A stretch of 64,000 bases of DNA from the NCBI GenBank assembly GCA_964549115.1, contig CAZJTX010000001.1, positions 56,494-120,493 on the forward strand, read 5' to 3'. Positions 56,826 to 64,000 of this stretch are shown here, piece after piece. The notes below the pieces were generated by a model. That model made no database searches. It saw only the letters and a program-made list of their open reading frames with translations, and was not told the DNA's origin. The stretch is from an uncultured Muribaculaceae bacterium. Its GTDB lineage: Bacteria; Bacillota_I; Bacilli_A; RF39; UBA660. A program made the translations under genes and the position numbers. Position 1 is the stretch's first letter. Each line of letters opens with the position of its first letter.

Positions 56826-58016
56826 CTATCTTATTTCTCCACATTCGGGATTAAACTCATTACCATAAACTTTCATATAACCAAATAGCAAATTAAGTAA
56901 TATAGGTAAGAAAAACAATATTATAGTATACATAAATCTTTTTAACGATCTAGTTATTGTTTTTTTGGTTACTGTATCATCTTGAGAAGATAACATTTTA
57001 ATTAAATCTATTGTACTAAGTAATAATAATGCTGAGACAGCCGCAATTCTTATTACATTTAAAGCCATTTGAATCCAATAAGCAGGATCCGATTTATTTC
57101 CTACATTTCCTAAAAGACCATCGCACGGAAAAGTTTTATCCATTTCAAGAGGTTTTAAATGCAAATTTGTTTCATCATCAATTTTGATTAATTTTATTAC
57201 TTCCGAATCAGAAGATGATCCCGTACTGGTTTGAATAGAATTTATTACTTCAAATGGAATTTTACCCCCTCTTCCAACAATTTCTTCACATTTCCAATCA
57301 TTCCAACGAATATAATTAGTTTGCTTTCTTAGACCAGAAACAGAAAACGAAAAATTATAGCCATCTATTGCTTGTGATTCTTTAGAAAAGTTTTGATATT
57401 TCATTTCATAAGCTAACTCTTGATTATAAGTATAAGGTCTAGCACACCCCACAATTTGTCCTGGCAAACTATAATGTTTAGATAATATATCAAATTGAAC
57501 AGCATTAGCATATGTAGATTCGGTCTGATGGATAAAATTATCCCCACCCAAAAATATACCAACGTGAGGAGGATTATCTGTAGCATACATTCTATAATGA
57601 TCTAAATATAATAAATCTCCTGGTTGGACATAATTACAGTCTTCCAACAACAAGTTTGCTTTTTTCATCGCTGCATACGATTGCACAACGCCATTTCCTA
57701 ATGAAGCCCCAGGATTGTTTGGAGATTCCCAGAATAAACCGACCTGAGTTAAAGCGTAATGAGTAAAACCCGTACAATCAAAAGCATCAAGTCTATGACC
57801 TCCCATTTCATAAGGTGTTCCAATTTTAGGAATACCCGCACATGCTATATGTTTGCCTAAAGTTTTGGTTCCTGTTCCACCTTTAAAACCAGATGCTGTA
57901 CCCGGAATAGAAAATCTTTCTCCAGTTTCATCCAACACTAATTCTGCGTTTACCATATTCATGGAAAACAACATTAATAATATAACCAATAATAATTTAA
58001 AATGTTTTATCTTCAT
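56826..58016 (-). CDS. NlpC/P60-family peptidoglycan hydrolase with C-terminal PAYWIQ two-TM module (copy 2)
   Basis: 396 aa. Roughly 65-70% identical to copy 1. Same catalytic residues and the same C-terminal module. Confidence 0.7.
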   Translation of the reverse strand: MKIKHFKLLLVILLMLFSMNMVNAELVLDETGERFSIPGTASGFKGGTGTKTLGKHIACAGIPKIGTPYEMGGHRLDAFDCTGFTHYALTQVGLFWESPNNPGASLGNGVVQSYAAMKKANLLLEDCNYVQPGDLLYLDHYRMYATDNPPHVGIFLGGDNFIHQTESTYANAVQFDILSKHYSLPGQIVGCARPYTYNQELAYEMKYQNFSKESQAIDGYNFSFSVSGLRKQTNYIRWNDWKCEEIVGRGGKIPFEVINSIQTSTGSSSDSEVIKLIKIDDETNLHLKPLEMDKTFPCDGLLGNVGNKSDPAYWIQMALNVIRIAAVSALLLLSTIDLIKMLSSQDDTVTKKTITRSLKRFMYTIILFFLPILLNLLFGYMKVYGNEFNPECGEIR

Positions 58017-58044
58017 ATCTTTATGTATTTTATTATAACATTTT

Positions 58045-59448
58045 TTATTTTAATTTAATATCTATACCATCTAAGCTAAAGCTTTTAGCATCAGTAATAT
58101 AAACATCAATGATATTATTAACATTATTTTTAGTAGTTTTAACATTTACTAATTTCATTGTATCGGTGTATCCATAAAATAAGGTATTATCTTTTTCGCT
58201 TTTACCCAATATTAAAACTGGTACAGTTTTATTTAATAACTTTTTATTATTTTCTAAAGAATATTTATTAACCAAATCATTAAGTTTGTATAATCTTTCT
58301 TTTTTAATTTCTAATGATATATTATCTTCCATTTTAGCCGCTACTGTATATTCTCTTTTTGAATATATAAAAGTATATGCCCCATCAAACTTACAATAAT
58401 TCACTAAATCTAATGTTTGTTTAAAATCCTCATCACTTTCATTAGGAAACCCAACTATAATGTCGGTGGTAATTGAAACATTAGGTATTTTATTTTTTAT
58501 TTTATCAAATAAAACTTTATACGATTCATTAGTATATTTTCTATTCATTTTTTTAAGTATTTCGTTACTACCTGATTGTACTGGTAAATGTATATAAGGC
58601 ATAATGTTTTTATATTTAGATATTACTTCGATTAACTCATCAGTAAAGTTCCAAGGATTTGATGTTACAAATCTAACTCTTTCTATATTAGTTTTAGCAA
58701 CATCTTCCAACAAATCAGAAAATCTATAATCCCCATCTTTGTACGAATTAACATTTTGTCCTAAAAGCGTTACTTCTTTATAGCCGTTTTCTTTTAAACA
58801 TTTTACTTCGTTTATTATTTCTTCTTTTTTTCTACTTCTTTCTTTTCCCCTTGTAAATGGAACTACACAATAAGTACAAAAATTATCACATCCATAAGTT
58901 ATATTAACCCACGCTGTAACATTAGAATCTCTTTTATACTGTATATTTTCAAATACTTCATTACTGTTTGAATATACCTGAATATTTAATTTCTTTTGTT
59001 TATTTATAATTAATTCAGGCAGTTCATGAATATTATGAGTTCCTATAATAATATCTATATATTTATGTTTTTTATTTAACTCATCTATTTCTTTTTCCAG
59101 CTGCATTAAACATCCGGCTAAACAAATTATAATATCAGAATTAATCTTTTCCTTTATATGCTTAGCTATTGATAAAAATCCAATGATTTTTTCTTTAGCA
59201 TTTTCTCTTATTGCACACGAATTAAGAACAACTATGTCCGCATCTTTCATATCTGTTGTGTTTTCATAACCTAGTTGTTCTAAATAATATACAATCTGCT
59301 CAGAATCATGAACATTCATCTGACATCCATAAGTTCTAATATAATACTTTTTATTTTTAACTATATTTTTTATATCATTATTTAACGTTATATAATTAGC
59401 ATCTAAATTATCTCTTTTTAGTGCATCTTTATAGTTTGGTTTACTCAT
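58045..59448 (-). CDS. miaB: radical-SAM tRNA methylthiotransferase (MiaB-like)
   Basis: 467 aa. N-terminal MTTase Cys triad (YIRTYGCQMNVHDSE…NSCAIRE…GCLMQ), radical-SAM CTYC and a C-terminal TRAM domain. MtaB or RimO cannot be fully excluded. Confidence 0.7.
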   Translation of the reverse strand: MSKPNYKDALKRDNLDANYITLNNDIKNIVKNKKYYIRTYGCQMNVHDSEQIVYYLEQLGYENTTDMKDADIVVLNSCAIRENAKEKIIGFLSIAKHIKEKINSDIIICLAGCLMQLEKEIDELNKKHKYIDIIIGTHNIHELPELIINKQKKLNIQVYSNSNEVFENIQYKRDSNVTAWVNITYGCDNFCTYCVVPFTRGKERSRKKEEIINEVKCLKENGYKEVTLLGQNVNSYKDGDYRFSDLLEDVAKTNIERVRFVTSNPWNFTDELIEVISKYKNIMPYIHLPVQSGSNEILKKMNRKYTNESYKVLFDKIKNKIPNVSITTDIIVGFPNESDEDFKQTLDLVNYCKFDGAYTFIYSKREYTVAAKMEDNISLEIKKERLYKLNDLVNKYSLENNKKLLNKTVPVLILGKSEKDNTLFYGYTDTMKLVNVKTTKNNVNNIIDVYITDAKSFSLDGIDIKLK

Positions 59449-59450
59449 AA

Positions 59451-59480
59451 AAATAACCGTCCTTACAACGGTTATTTTAT
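59451..59480. terminator. palindromic terminator-like hairpin
   Basis: AAAATAACCGT-CCTTACA-ACGGTTATTTT. It abuts the miaB start and its loop contains the miaB SD. Confidence 0.5.
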
Positions 59481-59639
59481 CATAGATAACTATTTTGTGA
59501 AAGCGAGTAAGATTGAGTTTGGATTTTGTGTTTAGGGTAAGATATTTGTATGAACTTTGATAGGATAATAATCTTTTGTCGCTTTCAAATACATCATAAT
59601 CTACCCTAAAAACTTATTCAATCTATTCGACAAAACTTA

Positions 59640-60929
59640 TCATTTTTTGATAGGAACTAACTTCTCTTTACCCCTCATATAAGGTCTTAATACTTCTGGA
59701 ATTATAACTGTATTATCTTCTTGTATGTTATTTTCTAAAAACGCTATTAACGCTCTTGATGTTGCTAACACAGTATTATTTAAAGTATGTAAGTATCTCA
59801 TTCCATCTTTTGTTCTATTTCTTATTCCTAATCTTCTAGCTTGAGCTTCGCCTAGATTAGAACATGATCCAACTTCAAAGTATTTTTGTTGTCTAGGACT
59901 CCATGCTTCTACATCACATGATTTAACTTTTAAGTCTGCTAAATCCCCTGAACAACATTCTAATGTTCTTACTGGTACATTTAGATTTCTAAATACTTCA
60001 ACAGTATACATCCACATTTTGTCATACCATTCTTTTGAATCTTTAGGATCACATATTACAATCATTTCTTGTTTTTCAAATTGATGAACTCTAAATATTC
60101 CACGTTCTTCAATACCGTGTGCTCCTACTTCTTTTCTAAAACATGGTGAGTATGAAGTCATAGTTATTGGTAATTCTTCATCTTTAATTATTTGATCTTT
60201 AAATTTACCAATCATTGAGTGTTCACTTGTACCTATTAAGTATAAGTCCTCTCCCTCAACTTTATACATCATTGCATCCATTTCTGTAAATGACATAACT
60301 CCACTTACCACTTCTTCTCTAATTAAGAATGGTGGAATACAATATATAAAACCTTGATCCATCATATAATCTCTAGCATAATTAATCATAGCTGTAGATA
60401 AAAGAGCAATATCTCCCATTAAGTAATAAAAACCATGTCCACTAGTTCTTCCAGCTGCATCCTTATCCCAACCATTGAATAATTCCATTATTTCTGCATG
60501 ATATGGTACTTCATATTCTGGAACTACTGGATCTCCCCATCTTTCTCTTTCAACATTTTCTGTATCATCTTTTCCTAGTGGTACATCATCAGCAATAATG
60601 TTTGGAATCACCATCATAATGTCAGTAATTTCTTTAGATAACTTATTTTCTTTTTCTTCTAAAGAATCTATTTCCTCATTTATTACCCTTACTTCTTCTT
60701 TAATTTTTTCGGCTTCTTCTTTTTTGCCTTCTCTCATCAAAGCACCAATGTTATCACTAATCTCATTTCTTTTACTTCTTAACTCATCGGCCTTCTTTTT
60801 AACATCTCTAAAATCTTCATCAAGTTTATATACCTTATCAACTAAAGGTAATTTTTCATCTTGAAACTTTTTCTTAATGTTTTCTTTTACTAAATCTTTA
60901 TTAGTTCTAATTAAATTAATATCTATCAT
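59640..60929 (-). CDS. serS: serine--tRNA ligase
   Basis: 429 aa. N-terminal coiled-coil arm and class II motifs (…FRKEVGAHG…, GSCSNLGEAQARR…). Confidence 0.95.
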   Translation of the reverse strand: MIDINLIRTNKDLVKENIKKKFQDEKLPLVDKVYKLDEDFRDVKKKADELRSKRNEISDNIGALMREGKKEEAEKIKEEVRVINEEIDSLEEKENKLSKEITDIMMVIPNIIADDVPLGKDDTENVERERWGDPVVPEYEVPYHAEIMELFNGWDKDAAGRTSGHGFYYLMGDIALLSTAMINYARDYMMDQGFIYCIPPFLIREEVVSGVMSFTEMDAMMYKVEGEDLYLIGTSEHSMIGKFKDQIIKDEELPITMTSYSPCFRKEVGAHGIEERGIFRVHQFEKQEMIVICDPKDSKEWYDKMWMYTVEVFRNLNVPVRTLECCSGDLADLKVKSCDVEAWSPRQQKYFEVGSCSNLGEAQARRLGIRNRTKDGMRYLHTLNNTVLATSRALIAFLENNIQEDNTVIIPEVLRPYMRGKEKLVPIKK

Positions 60930-60942
60930 TTTTTCTCCTTCT

Positions 60943-61356
60943 TTAATCTAATATTTGTTTAATCCCCATATATGGGATTAATGCACATGTTTTTCTGGAA
61001 CCTTGTTTATATATTTCATCAAATACAAGTGCATCTTTTAATATATCTTTATTATATTCTTTTTCATTTATCATGTTGTAAAAACTATCGATATATTCTT
61101 TTGCTTCTTTTATGGTTTTTCCAATTAAGTTTTTTATCATTATGGAGGAGGAGGCCACGCTTATAGCACAAGCTTCTCCCTCAAATGTAATATCTTTTAT
61201 TACATCTTTATCTATTAATGCATATAAATCAATATCATCAATACAAGATTCATTATTTGATCTCACTTTAATATAATCCTTGTTGTCCATTCTTTTTCTA
61301 TTAACAGGATTTTCATAATTGTCTAAAATAATTTCTCTTCTTTCGTCCTCGTTCAT
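60943..61356 (-). CDS. sufU: SUF Fe-S cluster scaffold SufU (NifU-like)
   Basis: 137 aa. Conserved Cys ligands (…ESCID…, GEACAIS, …KTCALIP). Confidence 0.8.
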   Translation of the reverse strand: MNEDERREIILDNYENPVNRKRMDNKDYIKVRSNNESCIDDIDLYALIDKDVIKDITFEGEACAISVASSSIMIKNLIGKTIKEAKEYIDSFYNMINEKEYNKDILKDALVFDEIYKQGSRKTCALIPYMGIKQILD

Positions 61357-62546
61357 AAAATCATCTCTTTTTTTATTTTTTCTATATCTTTTAAAAGTGA
61401 TACTAACTTATCTATTTCTTCTTTATTATTATAAAAAGATAAACTCACTCTTATAGTGTTTTTAAAACCTATTATGTCTTTTAAGTTTTTAGCACAATGG
61501 TCACCTGATCTTACACATATATTATATTTATTTAAATAATGTGCTACATCTTGGGAAAACAAATCTCCTACATTAAAAGACACTATTCCGGATTTGCTAT
61601 TTGGATTTAAAATTTTAATATATTTTACCATTTTTAAATTATTAATCAAATATTCACTTAATTCCACGATTCGTTTGTTTATGTTATTTATACCCAACTC
61701 ATTAATATATTTAATACTTTCTTTATAACCAATAATGCCTGATATATTTAAAGTTCCCGCTTCTAATTTATAAGGAAGTGATTTATATATAATTTCATCA
61801 TCAAGTGATAAATTCATACCACCACCAACTATATATGGATTGGTTTTTTCTAATAAGTTTTCTTTACCATATATAAAACCTACACCAGTTGGGCCAAACA
61901 TTTTATGTGCTGATGAAACTAAAAAATCCACATCTAATTCATTAACATCTATATTTATATGAGATAAACTTTGAGCCGCATCTACTAACACTAATATATT
62001 ATTATCATGGGCTATTTTAATAATTTCTTTTAAATCTCTAATATCCCCCACTACATTAGTTATATGTGATAAAGCGATTACTTTTGTTTTATCAGTAATA
62101 CTTTTTTTAAAGTTATCAACACCAAAAGTTAAATCTTCTTTTAAATCAATATATTTAATATTTATATTTAATTCTTCTTTTAATATCAACCATGGTAACA
62201 CTAAAGATGCATGTTCACCTTTATTAAGTAAAACCTCGTCACCTTCATTTAAATATTTTTTAAAAAATCCATTAACTATTAAATTTATACCTAGAGTTGT
62301 ACCACTTGTAAATATAATTTCATTAATACTACTTGCATTTATATAATCTTTTATAAGTAATCTAGTTTCTTCTACTTCTTTTTCAACTTTTAAGGCAAGA
62401 TCATATTCTCCCCTGTGATAACTTACAGGGTATTCATTATAATATTCATTTATTTTTTCAATCACTACATTTGGTTTTAAACTTGTTGCAGCGTTATCAA
62501 AATAAATTACATCTTTTTTTAATATGTTGAAATCTTCTCTATTCAT
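61353..62546 (-). CDS. sufS: cysteine desulfurase SufS (class V aminotransferase)
   Basis: 397 aa. PLP lysine in SSAHKMFGPTG. C-terminal catalytic Cys in RSGDHCAKN. Confidence 0.85.
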   Translation of the reverse strand: MNREDFNILKKDVIYFDNAATSLKPNVVIEKINEYYNEYPVSYHRGEYDLALKVEKEVEETRLLIKDYINASSINEIIFTSGTTLGINLIVNGFFKKYLNEGDEVLLNKGEHASLVLPWLILKEELNINIKYIDLKEDLTFGVDNFKKSITDKTKVIALSHITNVVGDIRDLKEIIKIAHDNNILVLVDAAQSLSHINIDVNELDVDFLVSSAHKMFGPTGVGFIYGKENLLEKTNPYIVGGGMNLSLDDEIIYKSLPYKLEAGTLNISGIIGYKESIKYINELGINNINKRIVELSEYLINNLKMVKYIKILNPNSKSGIVSFNVGDLFSQDVAHYLNKYNICVRSGDHCAKNLKDIIGFKNTIRVSLSFYNNKEEIDKLVSLLKDIEKIKKEMIL

Positions 62547-62547
62547 A

Positions 62548-63159
62548 CTAATCTTCCTTAATGAGAGTCTTTATTTTATCATTAAAAGAGCCATATAACA
62601 AACCATTCTTAATTAATTCTTTGGCTTGTTTCTTATTTAAACCTTTACTTTTTAAATAAAATAACTCTTCATCAGTAGCATCATATATACTAACCATATG
62701 ATTTGCTATTACATCGTCAGTGTAAACCTCTACATTCGGCTCCACCAACACTTTACAATCTTCTTTTATTATCTTTACATCCTGAACAATTTCATTGTTA
62801 ACTGTTTTTTCATTTACTTTAGCAAGTAATGTAATAAGTGTATCCTCTTTTGCATACCCTCTTATCTTTACTTCAAAGTAATTGTTATTTCCAATTACTT
62901 CATTTGTTAAGTTATATTCTAATTTAGATTCCGTTACAAATGATTCAATAATTTTTATTTTAGAATTACTATTTTGCTTAATACTTAAATTGATTTTACC
63001 CAATTTTTTATTTGAATAAAAATTTAAAATAATATCTGCTTCATCTTCAAGTTCTATATTTAAAGTTCCTTTAAAGTCTTTTATTAATATGTTTGATTTT
63101 CCACCTAAGATTAATTTTTTAGAATAATCAGTTAATAAACCGTTATAATTTTTAATCAT
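62548..63159 (-). CDS. sufD: short SufB/SufD-family Fe-S assembly protein
   Basis: 203 aa. The C-terminal block YTDDVIANHMVSIYDATDEELFYLKSKGL matches the SufBD family signature. Only about half the usual length. Confidence 0.65.
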   Translation of the reverse strand: MIKNYNGLLTDYSKKLILGGKSNILIKDFKGTLNIELEDEADIILNFYSNKKLGKINLSIKQNSNSKIKIIESFVTESKLEYNLTNEVIGNNNYFEVKIRGYAKEDTLITLLAKVNEKTVNNEIVQDVKIIKEDCKVLVEPNVEVYTDDVIANHMVSIYDATDEELFYLKSKGLNKKQAKELIKNGLLYGSFNDKIKTLIKED

Positions 63160-63877
63160 TGAATCCTTCTTCTTCTATTTTTTTAACTAATGATATATCC
63201 CCAGTTTCTAATGTGGAATCATTATTTAAAACATGAACTTTATCAGGTTTTAAATAATTTAATATCGCAGGGTTATGAGTAATAAACAAAATAGATGCTT
63301 TATATTTTGTTTGATATTCTTTTACGGACTTCATAACTACTTTAAGTGCATCTACGTCTAAACCGGAATCAACTTCGTCTATAATTACAAAGGATGGTTC
63401 CAACATCCAAAGATGAAGAAGCTCATTTTTCTTACGTTCTCCTCCACTCATTCCCATATTAATCTCTCTATGTATAAAACTTTTTGGTATGTCTAACTTT
63501 TTACACAGTTCTTCTAATTTTTTATTAAACTCATATAAATTAACTCGTTTGTGTTCACTTAAAATTGTTCGAAGCATTTCAGCATTTGTAACACCCTCTA
63601 TAGCTATAGGATTCTGACTCAAATAAAAGACACCTTCTTTTGCAATTTCATTTGTATTTAATTCAAGTAATTCCTTTTCATTATATAAAATACTACCACT
63701 TACGTTATAGTCTTCACTATTCATGATTACTTTACCTATGGTACTTTTTCCTACGCCATTAGGACCAAATAAAATATGAATCTCACCATTATTTATAGTC
63801 AAATTAAATTTATTTAATATTGTTTTATCTTCAACAGATACAGTTAAATCTTTAATTTTCAACATGAAAATCACCAT
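63152..63877 (-). CDS. sufC: Fe-S cluster assembly ATPase SufC
   Basis: 241 aa. ABC ATPase motifs GPNGVGKST, LSGGERKK and IIDEVDSGLD. Confidence 0.9.
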   Translation of the reverse strand: MVIFMLKIKDLTVSVEDKTILNKFNLTINNGEIHILFGPNGVGKSTIGKVIMNSEDYNVSGSILYNEKELLELNTNEIAKEGVFYLSQNPIAIEGVTNAEMLRTILSEHKRVNLYEFNKKLEELCKKLDIPKSFIHREINMGMSGGERKKNELLHLWMLEPSFVIIDEVDSGLDVDALKVVMKSVKEYQTKYKASILFITHNPAILNYLKPDKVHVLNNDSTLETGDISLVKKIEEEGFND

Positions 63878-64000
63878 TTTAATTTTACCATATTTACATT
63901 ATAATTAACAGTTGCATTGATTAAAAAAACCTCTTTACAAAGTCACGTTTTTATTTTATACTTGTAATGTGGGGGCAGATATAAATGCATCTTAAATCAA

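Noticed and set aside
60930-60942. T-box leader upstream of serS
   Set aside because: Only 13 nt separate serS from the upstream sufU stop, with no room for a leader. serS appears co-transcribed with the suf genes.
1-64000. Alternative genetic code (TGA=Trp) given the Mollicutes-like composition
   Set aside because: Long housekeeping ORFs are intact under the standard code, and TGA is used as a genuine stop (for example the 44 aa ORF at 39573).
1-64000. CRISPR arrays or other short direct-repeat arrays
   Set aside because: No regularly spaced 25-40 nt repeats were seen. Repetition in the window is at the gene-paralog level and in the Gly-codon repeats only.

Overview
This window is a very AT-rich, low-GC Firmicutes-type chromosome segment that uses the standard genetic code. 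TGA serves as a stop codon and all ORFs are intact, so Mycoplasma-style TGA recoding is excluded. The best guess for the organism is a small-genome Bacilli or Erysipelotrichia lineage. Gene density is high and most genes lie on the minus strand.

The conserved housekeeping backbone contains:
- a partial truB, then rbfA, infB, ylxR, nusA and a short rimP;
- ftsK and trmL;
- a five-tRNA cluster on the minus strand (Lys, Gln, Tyr, Thr, Val) plus three more tRNAs (Arg-CCU, Pro, Arg-ACG);
- lysS, ftsY with ylxM, RNase J, lexA preceded by a Cheo-type SOS box, a rhomboid protease, rluD and lspA;
- miaB, serS and a minimal sufC / short sufBD-like / sufS / sufU cluster with no sufB.

The standout feature is a ~24 kb accessory island at about 22.4-46.1 kb. 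It sits between ylxM and a short-chain dehydrogenase gene, in the position where ffh would normally follow ylxM. The island is built around archaeal/ER-type signal peptidases (SipW-like, family S26B). It contains:
- three S26B paralogs: a canonical sipW, a copy fused to a ~500 aa cytoplasmic extension, and a probably inactive copy;
- at least four TasA/camelysin-like proteins carrying SipW-cognate signal peptides;
- a 1208 aa adhesin with GLUG repeats;
- a membrane-anchored McrB/AAA_5-like ATPase with a translationally coupled partner;
- a tandem array of six paralogous surface proteins I do not recognise. They share an N-terminal anchor ending in FAWFIGMQ, a conserved core with the motifs GYVAFDLFVKN, VRVAFAQIGRV and RVYIYLEGQDIDNYD, and, in the four long copies, a C-terminal DUF5011 Ig-like domain.

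I interpret this island as a previously undescribed SipW-dependent surface-fibre or matrix assembly and diversification locus.

Other accessory features:
- a class B sortase fused to a ~265 aa cytoplasmic LRR-like domain, next to a candidate substrate whose sorting signal carries a PTQTG motif;
- a glycine-repeat surface protein that also has a SipW-cognate signal but lies far from the island;
- a tandem duplication of NlpC/P60 hydrolase genes that left a scar made of the miaB 3' end, plus three paralogs sharing a novel C-terminal two-helix membrane module;
- a UvrD-like helicase islet flanked by tRNA genes.

I found no CRISPR array, integrase or phage structural genes.
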